DNA of 64,000 nucleotides from Chloroflexota bacterium (GTDB taxonomy: Bacteria; Chloroflexota; UBA11872). This document shows, piece by piece, positions 37,891-47,859 of this stretch (position 1 is its first letter; each line of letters starts with the position of its first letter). A program made the translations under genes and the position numbers. Below the pieces are notes generated by a model. It had not been told where the DNA came from, made no database searches, and was given only the letters and a program-made list of their open reading frames with translations. Location: contig JAJDUU010000052.1 of assembly GCA_022826485.1 (NCBI GenBank), positions 70,692-134,691 on the forward strand, in the 5' to 3' direction.

Positions 37891-39546
37891 CTACTCGACC
37901 GAGATGACGTAGTCGTAAAGCTCCTGGCCGCCCGAGATCACTTCGAGCTCGAGGTCCGGAAAGCCCGCCTCGAGGTCATCGCTGAGCTGCTCCACGGTCT
38001 CCGATGCCACCTGGCTGCCGAAGTAGATGGTGGCGAGTTCCGGCTCGTCGTCGGCCAGACCCTCGAGCATCCGCTTCACCAGGTCATTGGCGTCGTGGCC
38101 CGTGGTGACCAACTCGTCGTCCTGGAGCCCGATGTAGTCGCCCTGCGTGATCTTCAAGCCGCTGATCGTGGCATCACGCACGGCCTGCGTGATCTCCAGC
38201 GTCGTGATTTCCCCCGCCGCCATCCGCATCATGCCTTCGTTCGCGTCCGCGGTCGCCGTGGCGTTGAAGGCCACGAGCGCGGCGACGCCCGCGGGCACGG
38301 TACGTGTCTCGAGCACTCGCACGTCCTTGTCGGATTGCTCGGCTGCCTGGCGCGCGGCCATCACGATGTTCTTGTTATTCGGGAGCACCACGGCCCAGTC
38401 ACCCTCGAGCCCCTCGACGGCCTCGAGGATGTCGCCCGCGCTCGGATTCATGCTGGCCCCGCCGGCAACGACGGTAGCGCCGAGGCTTTCGAACACCTGG
38501 GTGAGGCCCTCGCCCGTTGCCGTGGCCACAACCGGAACGCGTGCGACCTTCGCCGTGGCGGCCTCCGTGGCGGCGACGGCAAAGCTCTCCGCTTGCTGCA
38601 GGTCCATGTTCTCGGCCTTGACGGCGTCGAGCGGCCCATAGGCCAGCGCCGCGTTGAGCACTTCGCCAGGCGTCTCGGTGTGCATGTGAACCCGGATCAG
38701 GGTCGGGTCGCCCACCACCAAGAGCGAATCGCCGTATTCGCCCATCTTCTCTCGCACCGCGTCGGGGTCCATTTCCGTGCCGAGAATGACGAACTCCGTG
38801 CAATAGCCGTGCTCGTCGGCGCCATGAGCGACGGCGAACTCGGAGAAGGTATCCAAGCCCCGGTCTTCAGTGAGGACTTCCGGCGGGGGCAGGCCCCGCA
38901 GGTTTCGCAGCAGGCCCTCGTAGATCACCAGCAGGCCTTGCCCGCCGGCATCGACGACGCCGGCCTCCTTGAGCACGGCCAGTTGCTCGGGCGTCCGCTG
39001 AACCGACGTGCGCGCGGCATCGACCACGGCTGTCCCGAGGTCCTCCAAGTTGGTCTTGGCATTCGCGACCGCAGCCTTCGCGGCGTCCCGCGCCACGGTG
39101 AGGATGGTGCCCTCGACAGGGTTCGTCACCGATTCGTCGGCGGCCCGTGACGCCTGCTCGATCCCCCGGGCAAATTCCGACGGACCGCAGTGCGCAACCT
39201 TCGCCAAACCCTCACTCATCCCGCGCAAGATTTGGGAGAGGATCACCCCGGAGTTGCCGCGAGCGCCGAGCAGTGATCCGCGAGCCATAGCCTGACCAAC
39301 CTCGGCAACCGTGGGCGATTCGAGCCGCGAGACCTGCTCCACCGCCGCCCGCAGCGTCAGCACCATGTTGGTGCCGGTGTCCCCATCCGGTACCGGAAAC
39401 ACGTTGAGACGGTCAATCCGAGTGGAGTTGGCCTCCAGCCATGCCAGGCTCGCGGCGATGCCACGCTGGAAGGCTGTACCGGATACGACGTCCGGCGGCG
39501 CGGTTTCCGTCGCTTGCTCGTGAGTTGACACCACGGTTTTGCCCAT
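37891..39546 (-). CDS. DAK2-domain protein of the YloV/FakA family.
   Basis: 551 aa. Carries the DAK2 motif (DGDTGTNM...GARGNSGVILSQ). Sits in the conserved recG-yloV-rpmB neighbourhood. Confidence 0.75.
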   Translation of the reverse strand: MGKTVVSTHEQATETAPPDVVSGTAFQRGIAASLAWLEANSTRIDRLNVFPVPDGDTGTNMVLTLRAAVEQVSRLESPTVAEVGQAMARGSLLGARGNSGVILSQILRGMSEGLAKVAHCGPSEFARGIEQASRAADESVTNPVEGTILTVARDAAKAAVANAKTNLEDLGTAVVDAARTSVQRTPEQLAVLKEAGVVDAGGQGLLVIYEGLLRNLRGLPPPEVLTEDRGLDTFSEFAVAHGADEHGYCTEFVILGTEMDPDAVREKMGEYGDSLLVVGDPTLIRVHMHTETPGEVLNAALAYGPLDAVKAENMDLQQAESFAVAATEAATAKVARVPVVATATGEGLTQVFESLGATVVAGGASMNPSAGDILEAVEGLEGDWAVVLPNNKNIVMAARQAAEQSDKDVRVLETRTVPAGVAALVAFNATATADANEGMMRMAAGEITTLEITQAVRDATISGLKITQGDYIGLQDDELVTTGHDANDLVKRMLEGLADDEPELATIYFGSQVASETVEQLSDDLEAGFPDLELEVISGGQELYDYVISVE

Positions 39547-39610
39547 TTCCCGTGCTAGCCTGTTGCGGGCGATCTTAGGAACGCCTTGAATTCTCCGTCA
39601 ACGCAGGGAA

Positions 39611-39829
39611 ATGGTGAGGCCCGTGGCGACTTGTCAGGTCTGCGACACGCGCACGCAGTTTGGACACCACATTCGTCACAAGGCGTCGGGGCGTTGGGAA
39701 CGGAAAGCCACCAAGAAGCCGCGCCGATGGCGCGTCAACGTGCAGCGCAAGCGGGTGTTTACGGAAGGGCGCTACCAGCGCATGAACATCTGCACGAGCT
39801 GCATCCGCACACTCGACAAAGCGGACTAG
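39611..39829 (+). CDS. rpmB: 50S ribosomal protein L28 (zinc-ribbon form).
   Basis: 72 aa. Carries CQVCD...CTSC, and KRRW...NVQRKRVF typical of L28. Confidence 0.8.
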   Translation: MVRPVATCQVCDTRTQFGHHIRHKASGRWERKATKKPRRWRVNVQRKRVFTEGRYQRMNICTSCIRTLDKAD

Positions 39830-40497
39830 CCGAGGGCGCGCCGGAGCGCGCGCACGCCGGACGCCGGGCCGTCTGGATGCCCAAACACCGAAGTTCCGGC
39901 GACCAGTACCTGTCCACCGGCCTCGGCGACGCGTGGAGCAACGTCGGCGTTGATGCCGCCGTCGACCACCAGGTCGATCTCCGAGGACTGCGCCTCGATG
40001 CGTGCGGCCAGGGACGCGATGCGATCGAGCATTTCGGGAATGAACGCCTGGCCGCCGGCTCCGGGCTCGACGCTCATCACCAGAACGATGTCGAGGGCGT
40101 CCAGATGCGGCCAGAGCGATGACTCGGGCGTCCCGGGCCGCAGCGTCAGCCCCGCACGCACCCCAAGCTCTCGAATTCGGCGCAGCGTAGCGGCGGGGTC
40201 CGCCACGGCTTCAACGTGGACCGTGATGGCGTCGGCGCCGGCAGCGACGAAGGCGTCGAGGTGCGGCTCGACCGGCTCGATCATCAGGTGAACGTCGAGT
40301 GGCAGTCGCGTGGCGGCGCGCGCCGCCGCGACCGCGGGCGTACCGAACGAAATGCTCGGCACGAACGCTCCGTCCATGACGTCAACGTGAATCCAATCGG
40401 CGCCGCCGGCGTCGACGGCCCGGATTTCGTCGCCCAAGCGGCCGAAATCCGCCGCCAGGATCGACGGAGCGATGCGCGTCGACGCCTCAGGAGGCAT
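39826..40497 (-). CDS. rpe: Ribulose-phosphate 3-epimerase.
   Basis: Carries APSILAADF and HVDVMDGAFVP motifs. The start is chosen at MPPEAS. It is convergent with rpmB and overlaps it by 4 nt. Confidence 0.85.
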   Translation of the reverse strand: MPPEASTRIAPSILAADFGRLGDEIRAVDAGGADWIHVDVMDGAFVPSISFGTPAVAAARAATRLPLDVHLMIEPVEPHLDAFVAAGADAITVHVEAVADPAATLRRIRELGVRAGLTLRPGTPESSLWPHLDALDIVLVMSVEPGAGGQAFIPEMLDRIASLAARIEAQSSEIDLVVDGGINADVAPRVAEAGGQVLVAGTSVFGHPDGPASGVRALRRALG

Positions 40498-41632
40498 GGA
40501 GTGGGGTGGCCATTGATTGGGACCGTCGACGCCACACCGCACCGTCGGCCCGCAACTGCCCACAGGCGCCGGCGATCTCGCGTCCGCGGGTTCGCCGGAT
40601 AGTCGCCGCCACGCCGCGACGCAGCAGCTCGTCGCGGAACCGCCGCGTCGTTCCGGCCGCCGGCGCCTCGTAGACGGAGCCCGGAAACGGGTTGAACGGA
40701 ATCAGGTTCACGTGACACGTCTGGCCGTCGACGAGCCGCGCGAGATCGCGCGCCTGGGCCACCTGGTCGTTGACGTCGCGGAGCATGGTGTATTCGTACG
40801 ATACCCGCCGCCGCGTCGCCCGCTGGTAGGCGACGCTCGCGGCCATCAACGTCGCAAGGTTCACGTGCTTTGCGAGCGGCACGAGGGTGGCGCGAATATC
40901 GTCGCTGGCGGCGTGCAGCGAAATGGCCAGGCCGATCTGCCAGGGCCAGCGCGTCAGCTCCTCGATGCCGGCCGGCAGCCCAACCGTCGAAACGGTGACG
41001 TGGCGCGCCCCGAGCCCGCCGCGTCCCGGATCGACCAGCGCCTCGACCGCATCGCGCACGTTGGCGGTATTGGCCAGCGGCTCGCCCATGCCCATGAACA
41101 CCACGCGGTCCGGCGCCGCGCTTCCCGGACTCTCGCGCCGGACGTGCAGGAACTGGTCCACGATCTCCGCCATGCTCAGGTTGCGCGTGAGTCCCAGCGT
41201 TCCGGTCGCACAGAACGTGCAGGCCATCGCGCATCCGGCCTGGGAGCTGATACAGACCGTCGTGGCGGATCCGCGCTCGCTCGGCAGCTGCACGGTTTCG
41301 AAGATGGTTCCGTCGGCGGCCTGAAAGAGGAAGGCCCGGGTCCCGTCGTCGGCGATCCGCACGCGTGCGGGGCTGATGCTGCTGAACGCAAGCGTCGCGT
41401 CGAGCCGCTCGCGGAGCCGTCGCGGCAGCGGCGTGATCTGGTCGAATCCTTGCGCATCGCCGCCGAAGACGCCGCGACGGATCTGGTCGCGCCGATAGCG
41501 GAGCTCGTCGGGAAGAAGGTCGGCAAGGGCCGAATCGGATATCGCGCTGACCGCGGGACGATACGTTCGCGGGGAATCTTCGTCCGTCGAGGACTCGGCC
41601 GTCACGGTTTCAGGCACGGCTTCGGTTGTCAT
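40487..41632 (-). CDS. rlmN: 23S rRNA/tRNA adenine-C2 methyltransferase RlmN (radical SAM).
   Basis: Carries the SSQAGCAMACTFCATG radical-SAM cluster motif and a GMGEPL motif. Confidence 0.85.
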   Translation of the reverse strand: MTTEAVPETVTAESSTDEDSPRTYRPAVSAISDSALADLLPDELRYRRDQIRRGVFGGDAQGFDQITPLPRRLRERLDATLAFSSISPARVRIADDGTRAFLFQAADGTIFETVQLPSERGSATTVCISSQAGCAMACTFCATGTLGLTRNLSMAEIVDQFLHVRRESPGSAAPDRVVFMGMGEPLANTANVRDAVEALVDPGRGGLGARHVTVSTVGLPAGIEELTRWPWQIGLAISLHAASDDIRATLVPLAKHVNLATLMAASVAYQRATRRRVSYEYTMLRDVNDQVAQARDLARLVDGQTCHVNLIPFNPFPGSVYEAPAAGTTRRFRDELLRRGVAATIRRTRGREIAGACGQLRADGAVWRRRSQSMATPLHAS

Positions 41633-41665
41633 CCCGCCCCCACATCCGCCAAGGATGCGAAGGCG

Positions 41666-42400
41666 TTAGTCCCGATTTCCCGCCAAGGCCAGCAAGCGGA
41701 GCGCGAAATACACCACCTGCATGAGCGCAATGAACATGGCCGCCACATAGGTCAGGGCCGCCGCGTCGAGCACCTTCTTGGCATGCACCCGTTCGGGGCT
41801 GCTCACCACGCGTACCGACTCCATCAGCTTGAGCGCTCGCGCGCTCGCGTTGAACTCCACCGGCAAGGTGATCAGGGAGAACACGAACGCGGTGCTGAAG
41901 AGCACCAGGCCAATGACCGCAATAGGCAGGCCGATCTCGGTCTGCTGCATGAACGCCGCCAGCAAGAACCCAACGATCAGCAGCACGTAGCCAAACTTCG
42001 ACCCGAACGTCGTCACCGGCACCATGGCGCTGCGCATCACCAGCCACGGATAGCGGGTCTGGTCCTGGACGGCGTGCCCAGCCTCGTGCGCGGCGATGGC
42101 GACGGCCGCCAGCGAGTTGCTGTCGTAGACGCCCTCCGAGAGCCGGAGCACCTTGTGACGGGGGTCGTAGTGGTCGGTCAACTCGCCCGGCACCTTCCGG
42201 ACATCCACGTGGTAAAGCCCAACGGCGTCCAGAATCCGGCGCGCGGCCATGGCCGCCGGCATGCCCGTTGACGAGACGACCTGCGAGTACTTCTGATAGG
42301 TGCCGCGCACGCGTGATTGCGCCCACATCGCCAGGATGAAGGCCGGCCCGATGAGCACGATGTACCAAATGTCGAAGAAGGGAAAAAACACCGTTGGCAT
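41666..42400 (-). CDS. YugP-like membrane zinc metallopeptidase (Zn_peptidase_2 family), copy 1.
   Basis: Carries HEAGHAVQD (HExxH) and has flanking transmembrane segments. Confidence 0.7.
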   Translation of the reverse strand: MPTVFFPFFDIWYIVLIGPAFILAMWAQSRVRGTYQKYSQVVSSTGMPAAMAARRILDAVGLYHVDVRKVPGELTDHYDPRHKVLRLSEGVYDSNSLAAVAIAAHEAGHAVQDQTRYPWLVMRSAMVPVTTFGSKFGYVLLIVGFLLAAFMQQTEIGLPIAVIGLVLFSTAFVFSLITLPVEFNASARALKLMESVRVVSSPERVHAKKVLDAAALTYVAAMFIALMQVVYFALRLLALAGNRD

Positions 42401-42506
42401 GCCCCGCGCGAACGCCTGTTCGCAGCCTCACAGCCCGTCGCTCAAGGTTAGCACCGGGGACTTGCACGGCTTGTGCCAAATCTCTCGCAAGGCGCAGCGT
42501 TTGCGC

Positions 42507-43208
42507 TCACCGAATCCTGCCGAAAACGCGCAGCGCCCCGACCAGCACCCGGGCGAACGTGCCCACCAGCGACGCGAGATAGGTCCAAGCGGCAGCCTGC
42601 AGCAGCTCGCGGACGCGCGGTCCCTCCGCCTCCGTAATGATGCCGGCCGCTTCCAGCGATCGGTGCGCGCGCCGGCTGGCATCGAACTCAACCGGCAGCG
42701 CCACGGCGGCGAGCAATAGGGCCAGCAGCAGGCCAACGACGCCCGACGCCGCGATCACGAAGGCCGTGGGGTGCCGCGTGGCGATGCCGCCGACGAGCCC
42801 GATCACCATGATCAGTGGCGCGACGGCGGCCACGGCCGACGCCGCTTTGGCCACGACAACCCGCAGGCGCAGCAGCGGATGACCCAGCGCGTCCTGCATG
42901 GCGTGGCCCACCTCGTGCGCGGCAATGGCCACGGCCGCTATCGAGTCGTCGGCGTAGACTTCTTCGGATAGGCGCAGCACCCGTCGCGCCGGATCGTAGT
43001 GATCGGTCAACGATCCCGGAACGGCGGTCACCTGGACGTCGCGCAACCCCACCGACGCCAGCAGATAGCGCGCCGCCTGGTGAGCCGGCTGGCCGAAGCT
43101 GGAGACGATGTCGGCATGCCGCGCGAAGACCTGTCGAACGCGGTATTGCGCCCACAGGACGGCCAGCATCGCCGCCAGCGGCACGGCTCCGGCCAGAATC
43201 ACTGCCAC
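42507..43208 (-). CDS. YugP-like membrane zinc metallopeptidase, copy 2.
   Basis: Carries HEVGHAMQD. It is collinear with copy 1 (the shared AAVAIAAHE.GHA.QD core). Confidence 0.7.
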   Translation of the reverse strand: MAVILAGAVPLAAMLAVLWAQYRVRQVFARHADIVSSFGQPAHQAARYLLASVGLRDVQVTAVPGSLTDHYDPARRVLRLSEEVYADDSIAAVAIAAHEVGHAMQDALGHPLLRLRVVVAKAASAVAAVAPLIMVIGLVGGIATRHPTAFVIAASGVVGLLLALLLAAVALPVEFDASRRAHRSLEAAGIITEAEGPRVRELLQAAAWTYLASLVGTFARVLVGALRVFGRIR

Positions 43209-43245
43209 GGAATTCCTCGGTGGCGCTTCGCGCCCGCGACCGAAT

Positions 43246-44211
43246 CTAGCTCGCGGGACGCGTCAGCGGCGGCCGCGGCGCGGGCGGCGGGTCACCCCAC
43301 GCTGCCCGCAGCAACGGTGCGTAGCCGTTGGCAAAGGCGGGCGCCGACATCGCCTTGCGTCCTTCGGGCTGCAGCCGGGTGAGCCGCAGCGCGCCCGATC
43401 CACAGCCGACGCTGAGCGAATCGCCGTCGAGAGAGGTGCACCCCTCAGGTGTGTCCTGCGCCGAGGGTTGATCCATCGCCGCCGCCACGACGCGCCGACC
43501 GTCAACTCGCACAAAGGCGCCCGGCCAGGGTTGAAACGCCCGCCATTGGTCGAAGAGAGCGCGCGCCGGTCGCCGCAGGTCCAGCTCGGCATCGGCCCGC
43601 TCCAGGGGGCGAGTGACGGTGGCTGACTCGAAGTCTTGCGGCTGCGCCGCCAAGCGCCCGGCGACCCATGAATCAAGCATCTCGTCCAGCAGCTTGGCGC
43701 CCGCTTCGGCCAGGCGGTCATGCAGCTCGGGCGCCGTCTCACCGGCGCCGATGGCGACCTCGCGCGCGGCGATCACCGGCCCCGTGTCCAGGCCGACGTC
43801 CATGCGCATCAGCGTCACCCCCGTGCGAGTCAGCCCGTCATAGACGGCCGCCTGGATCGGGGACGCTCCGCGGTATGCGGGAAGCAGCGAGGGGTGAAGG
43901 TTGACCACGCCCGCGGGCGCCAACTCGAGCAGCGACGGGCGCAGCAGCCGGCCGTAGGCCACGACCGCCACGACGTCCGGGCGCGCCGCGCGAATGCGCT
44001 CCAGGCTCGATGCGTCGTTCGGGTTGGCGGGCTGCATGGTCGGGAGACCAAGCTCACGCGCCAGTTCGATCACTTCCGGCGTGCGATCTCGTCCACGCCT
44101 GCCCGCCGGCCGGTCGGGCTGCGAGACGACCAGCTCGACGGCACCCCGCGCATGAAGGCGGCGAAGCGCCGGCAGCGCGAATGCCGGCGTTCCCAGGAAG
44201 ACCACGCGCAT
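43246..44211 (-). CDS. fmt: Methionyl-tRNA formyltransferase.
   Basis: Has an N-terminus MRVVFLGTPAFA, the motif NLHPSLLPAYRG, and a C-terminal domain. Confidence 0.85.
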   Translation of the reverse strand: MRVVFLGTPAFALPALRRLHARGAVELVVSQPDRPAGRRGRDRTPEVIELARELGLPTMQPANPNDASSLERIRAARPDVVAVVAYGRLLRPSLLELAPAGVVNLHPSLLPAYRGASPIQAAVYDGLTRTGVTLMRMDVGLDTGPVIAAREVAIGAGETAPELHDRLAEAGAKLLDEMLDSWVAGRLAAQPQDFESATVTRPLERADAELDLRRPARALFDQWRAFQPWPGAFVRVDGRRVVAAAMDQPSAQDTPEGCTSLDGDSLSVGCGSGALRLTRLQPEGRKAMSAPAFANGYAPLLRAAWGDPPPAPRPPLTRPAS

Positions 44212-44250
44212 GTCGTCACCCGCCTCGGGCCGGGCGCCGCGACGGCATGT

Positions 44251-44751
44251 CTACGACGCCCGCAGTCGTTGCGCTTCGTCCGAGGACGGATCGACGAACC
44301 GCAGGGCGTCCGGGTCCGTCAGTCGATCGGTGAAGATCACGCCGTCGAGGTGGTCGATTTCATGTTGAATCGCGCGCGCCAGCAGCCCGGTCGCCTCGCG
44401 TCGCAACGTTTGGCCTCTGGCGTCCAACGCCCGCACCCGGATCGCCTTGGCGCGCTCCACGGGTCCGTACCAATTGGGCAGGCTCAGGCAGCCCTCATCG
44501 GCAACCTCTGCACCACTGGACCCGACGATTTCGGGATTCACCAGCGCCAGCCGGTCGCCCTCGACGCCGACCACGACCAACCGCCAGGGACGTCCAATCT
44601 GATTGGCCGCCACCCCCACGGCGTGATGGTGGTCCATGGTGGCGAACATGTCGTCGATCATCCGGCGGATGCCTGGAGTCACGCTGCGAATCCGGCTGGA
44701 CTTGCGCCGCAGCATCGGGTGATCGACCGGTAGCACTGGAAGAACTGGCAT
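44251..44751 (-). CDS. def: Peptide deformylase.
   Basis: Carries GVGLAANQIG-like, EGCLS and QHEIDHLDG motifs. Confidence 0.85.
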   Translation of the reverse strand: MPVLPVLPVDHPMLRRKSSRIRSVTPGIRRMIDDMFATMDHHHAVGVAANQIGRPWRLVVVGVEGDRLALVNPEIVGSSGAEVADEGCLSLPNWYGPVERAKAIRVRALDARGQTLRREATGLLARAIQHEIDHLDGVIFTDRLTDPDALRFVDPSSDEAQRLRAS

Positions 44752-44761
44752 CTGTCGCTTG

Positions 44762-47206
44762 TTATGTCAACTCGATGGGGTCCACGTCAATCGTCCAACC
44801 CCGGTGCAACTCCGGCAAGACCTTGCGGGCATCGACGCCGAATAGCAAAAGCTGCCACACATATTGTCCGCGCCGCCGGTGCAATGCGGCCGGCGCCGGT
44901 CCAAGGATCTCAAGATCGAGCGACTCGGCCGCGGCGGCAATCGTCTCGAGCTCGCGGCGCGCCCGCTGCGCTTCCGCCGCCGCCCGCTCGTCGTCGGCAT
45001 GCGCGAACGTCGCCCGGGCAACGGGCCGGAACGGCGGCAGCCCCTCGGCCTGGCGCTCCGCCAGTTCCGCGCGATAGAAGTGCTCCCAGTCGTCGAGTTG
45101 CAACGCCTGAGTGACGTGGTGATGCGGCATCAAGGTCTGGATCACCAGGCGGCCCCCATCTTCACCGCCAGTCACGAGCCGCCGCAGCCGCATGAGGTTG
45201 ATGAAGACGCGTTCGGGCGCCAGAAAGTCCGGAAAGCGGAGCCCCACGTCGGCCTGCACGATTCCCAATAGCTGGGCGCGCAGGGCCTCGCCAAACCCCG
45301 CCAGTCGCTGGGTGCCCACGAGCACGTCGACGCCTTCACCGCGCTCGAACGCGCTCACCGCCGCCTCGACGTCACGCGCCCGGCGGTCGCTGTCCACCCG
45401 CGCCACGCGTGATCTCGGGAAGAGATGGCTCACCGCCTCGGCGACGGCCTCGGTGCCGTAGCCCCAGAGCCGCAAGCGCCGGCCCTCGCACACCGGGCAT
45501 GCGCGCGGCGGGTCTTCGCGCCAGTTGCAGACGTGGCACAGCATGACTGCCGCGTCCCGATGCTGGACCAACCCGATGCTGCACCGCGGACAGCCGAAGA
45601 CATAGCCGCACTCACGACAGACGGTGAGGGTGGCCGTACCCCGACGATTGACAAAGAGTACGGCGCGGCCCTGATCCCTTAGGACTTGTCGCAGGGCCTC
45701 GAACAACCGGCGCGAGATGACGCCGTGGCGGCCCACCGTCGTCACCGCGCGGCGCATGTCCACCAGGTCGACGTCGCCTCCTGGCGCCGGCGTGTCGGAC
45801 TCAGAGTCCGTGCATGGCCGCGGTCGGGGGCTTAGCGCAGTCGGGCGGTCGCTGACCAGGCGCGAGCGATTGGCCTCGACGTCGTAGAACGACTCCACGC
45901 TCGGCGTTTCGCTTCCAAGGACCAAGTGGCAGCGACTCAATTCGGCCAGGCGCCGGGCAACGACACGCGCGTGATAGCGAGGCGTGTTGCGGTTCTTGTG
46001 ACCCGCATCCTCCTCCCGGTCCACGATCACGATTCCCGGACGAGCCAATGGCGCGAAAGCGGCCGCCCGGGTGCCGATCAACACGTCCACCGTGCCGTTC
46101 CGCACCGCCATCCACAGGGCAATGCGCTCGGCGTCGGTCCGCGCCCGTGCGGCTTCCGCGACCTTGGCCTCGACCCTGCGCGCCAGCCAATCCGCAAAGC
46201 GGGCCGAGGTGCGAACGTCTGGCGCGACGACGAGAGCCTGCCGGCCGTCGCGCACCACGTGATCGATCGATCGCGCATAGATTGACCAGCGGTCGGCTTC
46301 GTCTCCGTGGAGCAGGGTCACGTCGGCGTTGTCGGTCCCAAGCACGGTTTGGATTTCCTGCCAGGCCGCCGAGTCGGCAGTGCCGGCCGGAAGCTTCTCC
46401 CGTCTCAGGCCGTCAACCAGGTACGGGGTGGCCGGACGCCGCTCCACGCGCGCCAGCCCGCGAGCGACCAGCGCCCGCAAGATCGCCTGGCCCACGTCGG
46501 CCAGGCGCAGCGCCCGCGGCACGGGGAGCGGCTCTTCCTCGGCCGCCAGCATCCGCCATAGCGCGAGTTGCTTGGGCGCGCGTGCTAGCCGCGCATCGAC
46601 CACGCCCGGGTCGTCGACAGCCGCCGCGGACACCAGCCGCTCGCCCGCGGTCTGGGGCAAGTGCAGGGAAATGCGCCGATTGACGAGCCCCCGGGCAACC
46701 AGCCGCCGAACTCCCGCACGCGCGGCGGTCTTGCCGGCAACTCGCCGAATCTCAGTCTCGGAAGCCTCGCCGCGTTGGCGGATCAGTTCCAGGGTCCGAG
46801 ATTCCGCCGGGGCAAGCTCCACCTGCGGCTGGGGGTCGTCCGACGCAACCGCATATGTCGATCGCAGATGCCGCGCCAGTCCCGGCGGCATTGCCAGATT
46901 CACCGCGTCCAAGATCGGTGCGGCATAGCGGTGCGCGGTCCACTCGGCCAGCTCGCGATGCGCGGCGTCCAGGACTTCCGCGTCCCAGATGACGTCGAAG
47001 ATGGGACGGGTCGCCTCGACCGGCGAGGCGTCGCTCACCCGCATCACCACGGCATGCGATTGGCGGGTGCCAAACGGCACCAGCACCAGTTGCCCCGGCC
47101 GCACCAGCCCCTCGAGCTGCGCCGGAATCTCATAGTGAAACGTCTGCGCGCCGCGCACGTCGCCCGCGCCGACCACTACTTCCGCGAACCCTCCCGCGCC
47201 GGTCAC
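44762..47206 (-). CDS. priA: Primosomal protein N' (PriA helicase), with a likely GTG start.
   Basis: Has a Walker A, a DEEH box and a Cys4 zinc-binding region (CRECGYVFGCPRC...CHVCNW). The GTG start at 47204-47206 overlaps the gmk stop as GTGA. The long ORF extends to 47299. Confidence 0.85.
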   Translation of the reverse strand: MTGAGGFAEVVVGAGDVRGAQTFHYEIPAQLEGLVRPGQLVLVPFGTRQSHAVVMRVSDASPVEATRPIFDVIWDAEVLDAAHRELAEWTAHRYAAPILDAVNLAMPPGLARHLRSTYAVASDDPQPQVELAPAESRTLELIRQRGEASETEIRRVAGKTAARAGVRRLVARGLVNRRISLHLPQTAGERLVSAAAVDDPGVVDARLARAPKQLALWRMLAAEEEPLPVPRALRLADVGQAILRALVARGLARVERRPATPYLVDGLRREKLPAGTADSAAWQEIQTVLGTDNADVTLLHGDEADRWSIYARSIDHVVRDGRQALVVAPDVRTSARFADWLARRVEAKVAEAARARTDAERIALWMAVRNGTVDVLIGTRAAAFAPLARPGIVIVDREEDAGHKNRNTPRYHARVVARRLAELSRCHLVLGSETPSVESFYDVEANRSRLVSDRPTALSPRPRPCTDSESDTPAPGGDVDLVDMRRAVTTVGRHGVISRRLFEALRQVLRDQGRAVLFVNRRGTATLTVCRECGYVFGCPRCSIGLVQHRDAAVMLCHVCNWREDPPRACPVCEGRRLRLWGYGTEAVAEAVSHLFPRSRVARVDSDRRARDVEAAVSAFERGEGVDVLVGTQRLAGFGEALRAQLLGIVQADVGLRFPDFLAPERVFINLMRLRRLVTGGEDGGRLVIQTLMPHHHVTQALQLDDWEHFYRAELAERQAEGLPPFRPVARATFAHADDERAAAEAQRARRELETIAAAAESLDLEILGPAPAALHRRRGQYVWQLLLFGVDARKVLPELHRGWTIDVDPIELT

Positions 47207-47859
47207 GGTTCGACGGGAGGATCGCTCCAGGGACGCAGCGCCGCGGGATCCACGCGCCGCGGATGCGCCCGCAGCCGCTCCGCCATGACGATGTCCCATA
47301 CCCGGTCCGCCGTGGCTTCGAGCTCTCCCGTTGGATTGGGCACGCGATAGTCGGCCTGAGAGGCAAAGTCCATTTCGAAGTCGAGCATGGCCTTCAGACG
47401 CCGCTCGGCCTCATCCGGCGACTCGGTCCCGCGACCTTGGATGCGCCGCATCGCCTCTTCGACCGACGGCGGCTCGATGAAGATCACCACCGCTTCGGGA
47501 ATCCGGCGCTGCAACTCGCGCGCGCCCTGCACGTCCAGCCGCAGCACCACGTCTTGGCCGGCCTCCAGCGGATCCTGGACCTGATGCAGCGGGGTTCCAT
47601 AGAGCCGTCCGTAGACGCGCGCCGCCTCTAGGAACCACCCGGAGCATAGGCGCGACTCGAACTCGGCGGGATTGAGAAAGAAGTGGTCACGGCCATCGAT
47701 CTCGCCCTCCCGCGGGGCGCGCGTGACCGCCGTCGTCACCCACGCGGCGTCCAAACCGCGGCGCCGGAGCGTCCGCAGCACGCTGTCCTTTCCCGCCGCG
47801 GTCGGCGCCGTCACCAGGAACAACAGGCCCTGGGGCGGCGGTGCTGCGTCTCCCCTCAC
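47203..47859 (-). CDS. gmk: Guanylate kinase, with a probable GTG start.
   Basis: Has a P-loop APTAAGKDS, a YGTP motif and a lid region. It abuts the prmC stop. The longer ORF N-terminus is discounted because it overlaps prmC. Confidence 0.72.
   Translation of the reverse strand: MRGDAAPPPQGLLFLVTAPTAAGKDSVLRTLRRRGLDAAWVTTAVTRAPREGEIDGRDHFFLNPAEFESRLCSGWFLEAARVYGRLYGTPLHQVQDPLEAGQDVVLRLDVQGARELQRRIPEAVVIFIEPPSVEEAMRRIQGRGTESPDEAERRLKAMLDFEMDFASQADYRVPNPTGELEATADRVWDIVMAERLRAHPRRVDPAALRPWSDPPVEP

Noticed and set aside
42401-42506. Repeated ttgcacggcttgtgcca / gcgcagcgtttgcgctc motifs between the two YugP genes, considered as possible REP-like repeats or a small RNA.
   Set aside because: They form only weak 4-bp stems and are not repeated elsewhere in the window. 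They are most simply the promoter region of the downstream paralog.
47203-47299. gmk and priA overlapping by 97 nt, as implied by the longest ORFs.
   Set aside because: Conserved N-termini argue for downstream GTG starts for both. This gives a 4-nt GTGA overlap for gmk/priA and an abutting stop/start for prmC/gmk. The long overlaps are artefacts of open upstream frames.
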